A stretch of 64,000 bases of DNA from Auanema rhodensis (lineage: Eukaryota; Animalia; Nematoda): NCBI GenBank assembly GCA_964057225.1, contig OZ059900.1:16864001-16928000 (forward strand), written 5' to 3'. A program made the position numbers and the translations under genes. This document shows, piece after piece, positions 39,022 to 52,918 of this stretch (position 1 is the first letter of the stretch; every line of letters starts with the position of its first letter). The notes beneath the pieces are model-generated. The model saw only the letters and a list, made by a program, of their open reading frames with translations, had not been told where the DNA came from and did no database searches.

Positions 39022-42000
39022 AAAAACAGAAACGAAACTATTATTGCTATTATATATTACACAAGCAGTCCGTGTTCATGAAGCTTGATATAATTGAGTA
39101 AACTAAGTCGTATTGTAATAAAGCTGTCATTCAAATATTTGCGTATCGCGTACTGCCTGTTTCCAGTTATATTATCAGTGCAGGCTCTAAAAATTTTTCA
39201 TAATCAAGGAATCACGTTCTAAATATTATAACTCGCGTACAGGAAAGTTAATTAAAAACAGAAACGAAACTATTATTGCTATTATCTATTACACAAACAG
39301 TCCGTGTTCATGAAGATTGGTATGATTGAGTAAACTAAGTCGTATTGTAATAAAGCTGTCATTCAAATGTTTGCGTATTGCGTACTGCCTGTTTCCAATT
39401 ATATTATCAGTGCAGGCTCTGAAAGTTTTTCATTATCAAGGAATCGCGTTCTAAATATTATAACTCGCGTACTGGAAAGTTAATTAAAAAAAGAAACGAA
39501 ACTATCCTTGCTATCATCTATTGCACAAACAGTCCGTGTTCATGAAGCTTGATATGATTGAGTAAACTAAGTCGTATTGTAATAAAGCTGTCATTCAAAT
39601 GTTTGCGTATTGCGTACTGCCTGTTTCCAATTATATTATCAGTGCAGGCTCTGAAAGTTTTTCATTATCAAGGAATCGCGTTCTAAATATTATAACTCGC
39701 GTACTGGAAAGTTAATTAAAAAAAGAAACGAAACTATCCTTGCTATCATCTATTGCACAAGCAGTCCGTGTTCATGAAGCTTGATATAATTGAGTAAACT
39801 AAGTCGTATTGTAATAAAGCTGTCATTCAAATGTTTGCGTATTGCGTACTGCCTGTTTCCAATTATATTATCAGTGCAGGCTCTGAAAGTTTTTCATTAT
39901 CAAGGAATCGCGTTCTAAATATTATAACTCGCGTACTGGAAAGTTAATTAAAAAAAGAAACGAAACTATCCTTGCTATCATCTATTGCACAAACAGTCCG
40001 TGTTCATGAAGCTTGATATGATTGAGTAAACTAAGTCGTATTGTAATAAAGCTGTCATTCAAATGTTTGCGTATTGCCTGTTGCCAGTTATATTATCAGT
40101 GCAGGCTCTAAACATTTTTCATTATGAAGCAATCGCGTTCTAAATATGATAACTCGCGTACTGGAAAGTTAATTAAAAAAAGAAACGAAACTATCATTGC
40201 TATCATCTATTACACAAGCAGTCCCTGTTCATGAAGCTTGATATGATTGAGTAAGCTAAGTCGTATTGTATTAAAGCTGTCATTCAAATATTTGCGTATC
40301 GCGTACTGCCTGTTTCCAGTTATATTATCAGTGCAGGCTCTAAAAATTTTTCATAATCAAGGAATCACGTTCTAAATATTATAACTCGCGTACAGGAAAG
40401 TTAATTAAAAACAGAAACGAAACTATTATTGCTATTATCTATTACACAAACAGTCCGTGTTCATGAAGATTGGTATGATTGAGTAAACTAAGTCGTATTG
40501 TAATAAAGCTGTCATTCAAATGTTTGCGTATTGCCTGTTGCCAGTTATATTATCAGTGCAGGCTCTAAACATTTTTCATTATGAAGCAATCGCGTTCTAA
40601 ATATGATAACTCGCGTACTGGAAAGTTAATTAAAAAAAGAAACGAAACTATCATTGCTATCATCTATTACACAAACAGTCCCTGTTCATGAAGCTTGATA
40701 TGATTGAGTAAGCTAAGTCGTATTGTATTAAAGCTGTCATTCAAATATTTGCGTATCGCGTACTGCCTGTTTCCAGTTATATTATCAGTGCAGGCTCTAA
40801 AAATTTTTCATAATCAAGGAATCACGTTCTAAATATTATAACTCGCGTACAGGAAAGTTAATTAAAAACAGAAACGAAACTATTATTGCTATTATATATT
40901 ACACAAGCAGTCCGTGTTCATGAAGCTTGATATAATTAAGTAAACTAAGTCGTATTGTAATAAAGCTGTCATTCAAATGTTTGCGTATTGCGTACTGCCT
41001 GTTTCCAATTTTATTATCAGTGCAGGCTCTGAAAGTTTTTCATAATCAAGGAATCACGTTCTAAATATTATAACTCGCGTACAGGAAAGTTAATTAAAAA
41101 CAGAAACGAAACTATTATTGCTATTATCTATTACACAAACAGTCCGTGTTCATGAAGATTGGTATGATTGAGTAAACTAAGTCGTATTGTAATAAAGCTG
41201 TCATTCAAATGTTTGCGTATTGCCTGTTGCCAGTTATATTATCAGTGCAGGCTCTAAACATTTTTCATTATGAAGCAATCGCGTTCTAAATATGATAACT
41301 CGCGTACTGGAAAGTTAATTAAAAAAAGAAACAAAACTATCATTGCTATCATCTATTACACAAACAGTCCCTGTTCATGAAGCTTGATATGATTGAGTAA
41401 GCTAAGTCGTATTGTATTAAAGCTGTCATTCAAATGTTTGCGTATTGCGTACTGCCTGTTTCCAATTATATTATCAGTGCAGGCTCTGAAAGTTTTTCAT
41501 AATCAAGGAATCACGTTCTAAATATTATAACTCGCGTACAGGAAAGTTAATTAAAAACAGAAACGAAACTATTATTGCTATTATATATTACACAAGCAGT
41601 CCGTGTTCATGAAGCTTGATATAATTGAGTAAACTAAGTCGTATTGTAATAAAGCTGTCATTCAAATATTTGCGTATCGCGTACTGCCTGTTTCCAGTTA
41701 TATTATCAGTGCAGGCTCTAAAAATTTTTCATAATCAAGGAATCACGTTCTAAATATTATAACTCGCGTACAGGAAAGTTAATTAAAACCAGAAACGAAA
41801 CTATTATTGCTATTATCTATTACACAAACAGTCCGTGTTCATGAAGATTGGTATGATTGAGTAAACTAAGTCGTATTGTAATAAAGCTGTCATTCAAATG
41901 TTTGCGTATTGCGTACTGCCTGTTTCCAATTATATTATCAGTGCAGGCTCTGAAAGTTTTTCATTATCAAGGAATCGCGTTCTAAATATTATAACTCGCG

Positions 42001-45000
42001 TACTGGAAAGTTAATTAAAAAAAGAAACGAAACTATCCTTGCTATCATCTATTGCACAAACAGTCCGTGTTCATGAAGCTTGATATGATTGAGTAAACTA
42101 AGTCGTATTGTAATAAAGCTGTCATTCAAATGTTTGCGTATTGCGTACTGCCTGTTTCCAATTATATTATCAGTGCAGGCTCTGAAAGTTTTTCATTATC
42201 AAGGAATCGCGTTCTAAATATTATAACTCGCGTACTGGAAAGTTAATTAAAAAAAGAAACGAAACTATCCTTGCTATCATCTATTACACAAGCAGTCCGT
42301 GTTCATGAAGCTTGATATAATTGAGTAAACTAAGTCGTATTGTAATAAAGCTGTCATTCAAATGTTTTAGTATTGCCTGTTTCCAGTTATATTATCAGTG
42401 CAGGCTCTAAAAATTTTTCATTATGAAGGAATCACGTTCTAAATATAATAACTCGCGTACTGGAAAGTTAATTGAAAAAAGAAACGAAATTATCATTGCT
42501 ATCATCTATTACACAAACAGTCCGTGTTCATGAAGATTGGTATGATTGAGTAAACTAAGTCCTATTGTAATAAAGCTGTCATTGAAATGTTTTAGTATTG
42601 CCTGTTTCCAGTTATATTATCAGTGCAGGCTCTAAACATTTTTCATTATGAAGCAATCGCGTTCTAAATATGATAACTCGCGTACTGGAAAGTTAATTAA
42701 AAAAAGAAACAAAACTATCATTGCTATCATCTATTACACAAACAGTCCCTGTTCATGAAGCTTGATATGATTGAGTAAGCTAAGTCGTATTGTAATAAAG
42801 CTGTCATTCAAATATTTGCGTATCGCGTACTGCCTGTTTCCAGTTATATTATCAGTGCAGGCTCTAAAAATTTTTCATAATCAAGGAATCACGTTCTAAA
42901 TATTATAACTCGCGTACAGGAAAGTTAATTAAAAACAGAAACGAAACTATTATTGCTATTATCTATTACACAAACAGTCCGTGTTCATGAAGCTTGATAT
43001 GATTGAGTAAACTAAGTCGTATTGTAATAAAGCTGTCATTCAAATGTTTGCGTATTGCCTGTTGCCAGTTATATTATCAGTGCAGGCTCTAAACATTTTT
43101 CATTATGAAGCAATCGCGTTCTAAATATGATAACTCGCGTACTGGAAAGTTAATTAAAAAAAGAAACGAAACTATCATTGCTATCATCTATTACACAAGC
43201 AGTCCCTGTTCATGAAGCTTGATATGATTGAGTAAGCTAAGTCGTATTGTATTAAAGCTGTCATTCAAATATTTGCGTATTGCGTACTGCCTGTTTCCAG
43301 TTATATTATCAGTGCAGGCTCTGAAAGTTTTTCATTATCAAGGAATCGCGTTCTAAATATTATAACTCGCGTACTGGAAAGTTAATTAAAAAAAGAAACA
43401 AAACTATCATTGCTATCATCTATTGCACAAGCAGTCCGTGTTCATGAAGCTTGATATAATTGAGTAAACTAAGTCGTATTGTAATAAAGCTGTCATTCAA
43501 ATGTTTGCGTATTGCCTGTTGCCAGTTATATTATCAGTGCAGGCTCTAAACATTTTTCATTATGAAGCAATCGCGTTCTAAATATGATAACTCGCGTACT
43601 GGAAAGTTAATTAAAAAAAGAAACAAAACTATCATTGCTATCATCTATTACACAAACAGTCCCTGTTCATGAAGCTTGATATGATTGAGTAAGCTAAGTC
43701 GTATTGTAATAAAGCTGTCATTCAAATATTTGCGTATCGCGTACTGCCTGTTTCCAGTTATATTATCAGTGCAGGCACTAAAAATTTTTCATAATCAAGG
43801 AATCACGTTCTAAATATTATAACTCGCGTACAGGAAAGTTAATTAAAAACAGAAACGAAACTATTATTGCTATTATCTATTACACAAACAGTCCGTGTTC
43901 ATGAAGATTGTTATGATTGAGTAAACTAAGTCGTATTGTAATAAAGCTGTCATTCAAATGTTTGCGTATTGCGTACTGCCTGTTTCCAATTATATTATCA
44001 GTGCAGGCTCTGAAAGTTTTTCATTATCAAGGAATCGCGTTCTAAATATTATAACTCGCGTACTGGAAAGTTAATTAAAAAAAGAAACGAAACTATCCTT
44101 GCTATCATCTATTGCACAAGCAGTCCGTGTTCATGAAGCTTGATATAATTGAGTAAACTAAGTCGTATTGTAATAAAGCTGTCATTCAAATGTTTGCGTA
44201 TTGCGTACTGCCTGTTTCCAATTATATTATCAGTGCAGGCTCTGAAAGTTTTTCATTATCAAGGAATCGCGTTCTAAATATTATAACTCGCGTACTGGAA
44301 AGTTAATTAAAAAAAGAAACGAAACTATCCTTGCTATCATCTATTGCACAAACAGTCCGTGTTCATGAAGCTTGATATTATTGAGTAAACTAAGTCGTAT
44401 TGTAATAAAGCTGTCATTCAAATGTTTGCGTATTGCCTGTTGCCAGTTATATTATCAGTGCAGGCTCTAAACATTTTTCATTATGAAGCAATCGCGTTCT
44501 AAATATGATAACTCGCGTACTGGAAAGTTAATTAAAAAAAGAAACGAAACTATCATTGCTATCATCTATTACACAAGCAGTCCCTGTTCATGAAGCTTGA
44601 TATGATTGAGTAAGCTAAGTCGTATTGTATTAAAGCTGTCATTCAAATATTTGCGTATCGCGTACTGCCTGTTTCCAGTTATATTATCAGTGCAGGCTCT
44701 AAAAATTTTTCATAATCAAGGAATCACGTTCTAAATATTATAACTCGCGTACAGGAAAGTTAATTAAAAACAGAAACGAAACTATTATTGCTATTATCTA
44801 TTACACAAACAGTCCGTGTTCATGAAGATTGGTATGATTGAGTAAACTAAGTCGTATTGTAATAAAACTGTCATTCAAATGTTTGCGTATTGCCTGTTGC
44901 CAGTTATATTATCAGTGCAGGCTCTAAACATTTTTCATTATGAAGCAATCGCGTTCTAAATATGATAACTCGCGTACTGGAAAGTTAATTAAAAAAAGAA

Positions 45001-48000
45001 ACGAAACTATCATTGCTATCATCTATTACACAAACAGTCCCTGTTCATGAAGCTTGATATGATTGAGTAAGCTAAGTCGTATTGTATTAAAGCTGTCATT
45101 CAAATATTTGCGTATCGCGTACTGCCTGTTTCCAGTTATATTATCAGTGCAGGCTCTAAAAATTTTTTCATAATCAAGGAATCACGTTCTAAATATTATA
45201 ACTCGCGTACAGGAAAGTTAATTAAAAACAGAAACGAAACTATTATTGCTATTATCTATTACACAAACAGTCCGTGTTCATGAAGATTGGTATGATTGAG
45301 TAAACTAAGTCGTATTGTAATAAAGCTGTCATTCAAATGTTTGCGTATTGCCTGTTGCCAGTTATATTATCAGTGCAGGCTCTAAACATTTTTCATTATG
45401 AAGCAATCGCGTTCTAAATATGATAACTCGCGTACTGGAAAGTTAATTAAAAAAAGAAACGAAACTATCATTGCTATCATCTATTACACAAACAGTCCCT
45501 GTTCATGAAGCTTGATATGATTGAGTAAGCTAAGTCGTATTGTACTAAAGCTGTCATTCAAATATTTGCGTATCGCGTACTGCCTGTTTCCAGTTATATT
45601 ATCAGTGCAGGCTCTAAAAATTTTTTCATAATCAAGGAATCACGTTCTAAATATTATAACTCGCGTACAGGAAAGTTAATTAAAAACAGAAACGAAACTA
45701 TTATTGCTATTATCTATTACACAAACAGTCCGTGTTCATGAAGATTGGTATGATTGAGTAAACTAAGTCGTATTGTAATAAAGCTGTCATTCAAATGTTT
45801 GCGTATTGCGTACTGCCTGTTTCCAATTATATTATCAGTGCAGGCTCTGAAAGTTTTTCATAATCAAGGAATCACGTTCTAAATATTATAACTCGCGTAC
45901 AGGAAAGTTAATTAAAAACAGAAACGAAACTATTATTGCTATTATATATTACACAAGCAGTCCGTGTTCATGAAGCTTGATATAATTGAGTAAACTAAGT
46001 CGTATTGTAATAAAGCTGTCATTCAAATGTTTGCGTATTGCGTACTGCCTGTTTCCAATTATATTATCAGTGCAGGCTCTGAAAGTTTTTCATAATTAAG
46101 GAATCACGTTCTAAATATTATAACTCGCGTACAGGAAAGTTAATTAAAAACAGAAACGAAACTATTATTGCTATTATATATTACACAAGCAGTCCGTGTT
46201 CATGAAGCTTGATATAATTGAGTAAACTAAGTCGTATTGTAATAAAGCTGTCATTCAAATATTTGCGTATCGCGTACTGCCTGTTTCCAGTTATATTATC
46301 AGTGCAGGCTCTAAAAATTTTTCATAATCAAGGAATCACGTTCTAAATATTATAACTCGCGTACAGGAAAGTTAATTAAAAACAGAAACGAAACTATTAT
46401 TGCTATTATCTATTACACAAACAGTCCGTGTTCATGAAGATTGGTATGATTGAGTAAACTAAGTCGTATTGTAATAAAGCTGTCATTCAAATGTTTGCGT
46501 ATTGCCTGTTGCCAGTTATATTATCAGTGCAGGCTCTAAACATTTTTCATTATGAAGCAATCGCGTTCTAAATATGATAACTCGCGTACTGGAAAGTTAA
46601 TTAAAAAAAGAAACAAAACTATCATTGCTATCATCTATTACACAAACAGTCCCTGTTCATGAAGCTTGATATAATTGAGTAAACTAAGTCAACGAAGTCG
46701 TATTGTAATAAAGCTGTCATTCAAATATTTGCGTATTGCGTACTGCCTGTTTCCAATTATATTATCAGTGCAGGCTCTGAAAGTTTTTATAATCAAGGAA
46801 TCACGTTCTAAATATTATAACTCGCGTACAGGAAAGTTAATTAAAAACAGAAACGAAACTATTATTGCTATTATCTATTACACAAACAGTCCGTGTTCAT
46901 GAAGATTGGTATGATTGAGTAAACTAAGTCGTATTGTAATAAAGCTGTCATTCAAATGTTTGCGTATTGCGTACTGCCTGTTTCCAATTATATTATCAGT
47001 GCAGGCTCTGAAAGTTTTTATAATCAAGGAATCACGTTCTAAATATTATAACTCGCGTACAGGAAAGTTAATTAAAAACAGAAACGAAACTATTATTGCT
47101 ATTATCTATTACACAAACAGTCCCTGTTCATGAAGCTTGATATAATTGAGTAAACTAAGTCAACGAAGTCGTATTGTAATAAAGCTGTCATTCAAATATT
47201 TGCGTATTGCGTACTGCCTGTTTCCAATTATATTATCAGTGCAGGCTCTGAAAGTTTTTATAATCAAGGAATCACGTTCTAAATATTATAACTCGCGTAC
47301 AGGAAAGTTAATTAAAAACAGAAACGAAACTATTATTGCTATTATCTATTACACAAACAGTCCGTGTTCATGAAGCTTGATATAATTGAGTAAACTAAGT
47401 CGTATTGTAATAAAGCTGTCATTCAAATGTTTGCGTATTGCCTGTTGCCAGTTATATTATCAGTGCAGGCTCTAAACATTTTTCATTATGAAGCAATCGC
47501 GTTCTAAATATGATAACTCGCGTACTGGAAAGTTAATTAAAAAAAGAAACAAAACTATCATTGCTATCATCTATTACACAAACAGTCCCTGTTCATGAAG
47601 CTTGATATGATTGAGTAAGCTAAGTCGTATTGTAATAAAGCTGTCATTCAAATATTTGCGTATCGCGTACTGCCTGTTTCCAGTTATATTATCAGTGCAG
47701 GCACTAAAAATTTTTCATAATCAAGGAATCACGTTCTAAATATTATAACTCGTGTACAGGAAAGTTAATTAAAAACAGAAACGAAACTATTATTGCTATT
47801 ATCTATTACACAAACAGTCCGTGTTCATGAAGATTGGTATGATTGAGTAAACTAAGTCGTATTGTAATAAAGCTGTCATTCAAATGTTTGCGTATTGCGT
47901 ACTGCCTGTTTCCAATTATATTATCAGTGCAGGCTCTGAAAGTTTTTCATTATCAAGGAATCGCGTTCTAAATATTATAACTCGCGTACTGGAAAGTTAA

Positions 48001-49459
48001 TTAAAAAAAGAAACGAAACTATCCTTGCTATCATCTATTGCACAAACAGTCCGTGTTCATGAAGCTTGATATGATTGAGTAAACTAAGTCGTATTGTAAT
48101 AAAGCTGTCATTCAAATGTTTGCGTATTGCGTACTGCCTGTTTCCAATTATATTATCAGTGCAGGCTCTGAAAGTTTTTCATTATCAAGGAATCGCGTTC
48201 TAAATATTATAACTCGCGTACTGGAAAGTTAATTAAAAAAAGAAACGAAACTATCCTTGCTATCATCTATTGCACAAGCAGTCCGTGTTCATGAAGCTTG
48301 GTATAATTGAGTAAACTAAGTCGTATTGTAATAAAGCTGTCATTCAAATGTTTGCGTATTGCGTACTGCCTGTTTCCAATTATATTATCAGTGCAGGCTC
48401 TGAAAGTTTTTCATTATCAAGGAATCGCGTTCTAAATATTATAACTCGCGTACAGGTAAGTTAATTAAAAACAGAAACGAAACTATTATTGCTATTATCT
48501 ATTACACAAACAGTCCGTGTTCATGAAGATTGGTATGATTGAGTAAACTAAGTCGTATTGTAATAAAGCTGTCATTCAAATGTTTGCGTATTGCGTACTG
48601 CCTGTTTCCAATTATATTATCAGTGCAGGCTCTGAAAGTTTTTCATAATCAAGGAATCACGTTCTAAATATTATAACTCGCGTACAGGAAAGTTAATTAA
48701 AAACAGAAACGAAACTATTATTGCTATTATATATTACACAAGCAGTCCGTGTTCATGAAGCTTGATATAATTGAGTAAACTAAGTCGTATTGTAATAAAG
48801 CTGTCATTCAAATGTTTGCGTATTGCGTACTGCCTGTTTCCAATTATATTATCAGTGCAGGCTCTGAAAGTTTTTCATAATCAAGGAATCACGTTCTAAA
48901 TATTATAACTCGCGTACAGGAAAGTTAATTAAAAACAGAAACGAAACTATTATTGCTATTATATATTACACAAGCAGTCCGTGTTCATGAAGCTTGATAT
49001 AATTGAGTAAACTAAGTCGTATTGTAATAAAGCTGTCATTCAAATATTTGCGTATCGCGTACTGCCTGTTTCCAGTTATATTATCAGTGCAGGCTCTAAA
49101 AATTTTTCATAATCAAGGAATCACGTTCTAAATATTATAACTCGCGTACAGGAAAGTTAATTAAAAACAGAAACGAAACTATTATTGCTATTATCTATTA
49201 CACAAACAGTCCGTGTTCATGAAGATTGGTATGATTGAGTAAACTAAGTCGTATTGTAATAAAACTGTCATTCAAATGTTTGCGTATTGCCTGTTGCCAG
49301 TTATATTATCAGTGCAGGCTCTAAACATTTTTCATTATGAAGCAATCGCGTTCTAAATATTATAACTCGCGTACAGGAAAGTTAATTAAAAACAGAAACG
49401 AAACTATTATTGCTATTATCTATTACACAAACAGTCCGTGTTCATGAAGATTGGTATGA

Positions 49460-52400
49460 TTGAGTAAACTAAGTCGTATTGTAATAAAGCTGTCATTCAA
49501 ATGTTTGCGTATTGCGTACTGCCTGTTTCCAATTATATTATCAGTGCAGGCTCTGAAAGTTTTTCATAATCAAGGAATCACGTTCTAAATATTATAACTC
49601 GCGTACAGGAAAGTTAATTAAAAACAGAAACGAAACTATTATTGCTATTATATATTACACAAGCAGTCCGTGTTCATGAAGCTTGATATAATTGAGTAAA
49701 CTAAGTCGTATTGTAATAAAGCTGTCATTCAAATGTTTGCGTATTGCGTACTGCCTGTTTCCAATTATATTATCAGTGCAGGCTCTGAAAGTTTTTCATA
49801 ATCAAGGAATCACGTTCTAAATATTATAACTCGCGTACAGGAAAGTTAATTAAAAACAGAAACGAAACTATTATTGCTATTATATATTACACAAGCAGTC
49901 CGTGTTCATGAAGCTTGATATAATTGAGTAAACTAAGTCGTATTGTAATAAAGCTGTCATTCAAATATTTGCGTATCGCGTACTGCCTGTTTCCAGTTAT
50001 ATTATCAGTGCAGGCTCTAAAAATTTTTCATAATCAAGGAATCACGTTCTAAATATTATAACTCGCGTACAGGAAAGTTAATTAAAAACAGAAACGAAAC
50101 TATTATTGCTATTATCTATTACACAAACAGTCCGTGTTCATGAAGATTGGTATGATTGAGTAAACTAAGTCGTATTGTAATAAAGCTGTCATTCAAATGT
50201 TTGCGTATTGCCTGTTGCCAGTTATATTATCAGTGCAGGCTCTAAACATTTTTCATTATGAAGCAATCGCGTTCTAAATATGATAACTCGCGTACTGGAA
50301 AGTTAATTAAAAAAAGAAACAAAACTATCATTGCTATCATCTATTACACAAACAGTCCCTGTTCATGAAGCTTGATATAATTGAGTAAACTAAGTCAACG
50401 AAGTCGTATTGTAATAAAGCTGTCATTCAAATATTTGCGTATTGCGTACTGCCTGTTTCCAATTATATTATCAGTGCAGGCTCTGAAAGTTTTTATAATC
50501 AAGGAATCACGTTCTAAATATTATAACTCGCGTACAGGAAAGTTAATTAAAAACAGAAACGAAACTATTATTGCTATTATCTATTACACAAACAGTCCGT
50601 GTTCATGAAGATTGGTATGATTGAGTAAACTAAGTCGTATTGTAATAAAGCTGTCATTCAAATGTTTGCGTATTGCGTACTGCCTGTTTCCAATTATATT
50701 ATCAGTGCAGGCTCTGAAAGTTTTTATAATCAAGGAATCACGTTCTAAATATTATAACTCGCGTACAGGAAAGTTAATTAAAAACAGAAACGAAACTATT
50801 ATTGCTATTATCTATTACACAAACAGTCCCTGTTCATGAAGCTTGATATAATTGAGTAAACTAAGTCAACGAAGTCGTATTGTAATAAAGCTGTCATTCA
50901 AATATTTGCGTATTGCGTACTGCCTGTTTCCAATTATATTATCAGTGCAGGCTCTGAAAGTTTTTATAATCAAGGAATCACGTTCTAAATATTATAACTC
51001 GCGTACAGGAAAGTTAATTAAAAACAGAAACGAAACTATTATTGCTATTATCTATTACACAAACAGTCCGTGTTCATGAAGATTGGTATGATTGAGTAAA
51101 CTAAGTCGTATTGTAATAAAGCTGTCATTCAAATGTTTGCGTATTGCGTACTGCCTGTTTCCAATTATATTATCAGTGCAGGCTCTGAAAGTTTTTATAA
51201 TCAAGGAATCACGTTCTAAATATTATAACTCGCGTACAGGAAAGTTAATTAAAAACAGAAACGAAACTATTATTGCTATTATCTATTACACAAACAGTCC
51301 CTGTTCATGAAGCTTGATATAATTGAGTAAACTAAGTCAACGAAGTCGTATTGTAATAAAGCTGTCATTCAAATATTTGCGTATTGCGTACTGCCTGTTT
51401 CCAATTATATTATCAGTGCAGGCTCTGAAAGTTTTTATAATCAAGGAATCACGTTCTAAATATTATAACTCGCGTACAGGAAAGTTAATTAAAAACAGAA
51501 ACGAAACTATTATTGCTATTATCTATTACACAAACAGTCCGTGTTCATGAAGCTTGATATAATTGAGTAAACTAAGTCGTATTGTAATAAAGCTGTCATT
51601 CAAATGTTTGCGTATTGCCTGTTGCCAGTTATATTATCAGTGCAGGCTCTAAACATTTTTCATTATGAAGCAATCGCGTTCTAAATATGATAACTCGCGT
51701 ACTGGAAAGTTAATTAAAAAAAGAAACAAAACTATCATTGCTATCATCTATTACACAAACAGTCCCTGTTCATGAAGCTTGATATGATTGAATAAGCTAA
51801 GTCGTATTGTAATAAAGCTGTCATTCAAATATTTGCGTATCGCGTACTGCCTGTTTCCAGATATATTATCAGTGCAGGCAATAAAAATTTTTCATAATCA
51901 AGGAATCACGTTCTAAATATTATAACTCGCGTACAGGAAAGTTAATTAAAAACAGAAACGAAACTATTATTGCTATTATCTATTACACAAACAGTCCGTG
52001 TTCATGAAGATTGGTATGATTGAGTAAACTAAGTCGTATTGTAATAAAGCTGTCATTCAAATATTTGCGTATTGCGTACTGCCTGTTTCCAATTATATTA
52101 TCAGTGCAGGCTCTAAAAGTTTTTATAATCAAGGAATCACGTTCTAAATATTATAACTCGCGTACAGGAAAGTTAATTAAAAACAGAAACGAAACTATTA
52201 TTGCTATTATCTATTACACAAACAGTCCGTGTTCATGAAGATTGGTATGATTGAGTAAACTAAGTCGTATTGTAATAAAGCTGTCATTCAAATGTTTGCG
52301 TATTGTGTACTGCCTGTTTCCAATTATATTATCAGTGCAGGCTCTGAAAGATTTTATAATCAAGGAATCACGTTCTAAATATTATAACTCGCGTACAGGA

Positions 52401-52918
52401 AAGTTAATTAAAAACAGAAACGAAACTATTATTGCTATCATCTATTGCACAAGCAGTCCGTGTTCATGAAGCTTGATATAATTGAGTAAACTAAGTCGTA
52501 TTGTAATAAAGCTGTCATTCAAATATTTGCGTATTGCGTACTGCCTGTTTCCAATTATATTATCAGTGCAGGCTCTGAAAGTTTTTATAATCAAGGAATC
52601 ACGTTCTAAATATTATAACTCGCGTACAGGAAAGTTAATTAAAAACAGAAACGAAACTATTATTGCTATTATCTATTACACAAACAGTCCGTGTTCATGA
52701 AGCTTGATATAATTGAGTAAACTAAGTCGTATTGTAATAAAGCTGTCATTCAAATGTTTGCGTATTGCCTGTTGCCAGTTATATTATCAGTGCAGGCTCT
52801 AAACATTTTTCATTATGAAGCAATCGCGTTCTAAATATGATAACTCGCGTACTGGAAAGTTAATTAAAAAAAGAAACAAAACTATCATTGCTATCATCTA
52901 TTACACAAACAGTCCCTG
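49460..52918. repeat. Satellite B block duplicated at 60542..64000 (offset 11,082 bp), copy 1
   Basis: The ORF-track pattern at 50381-52700 repeats at 61463-63782. The private variants TTGAATAAGCT, CCAGATATA, GGCAATAAA, ATTGTGTAC and AAAGATTTT are shared at exactly +11082. Confidence 0.92.
50381..51562. repeat. Satellite B 471-bp dimer (240+231) run; related runs at 46675..47385 and 61463..62644
   Basis: Monomer starts at 50381, 50621, 50852, 51092 and 51323 give alternating 240/231 spacing. The 240-bp class carries AACTAAGTC-AACGAAGTC. Confidence 0.9.

Noticed and set aside
38000-40000. Common ancestry of satellites A and B
   Set aside because: Only short shared words (GTGTTCA, TAAGTC, TTGAG, CATGA) are visible, as expected for AT-rich DNA, and I saw no collinear alignment.
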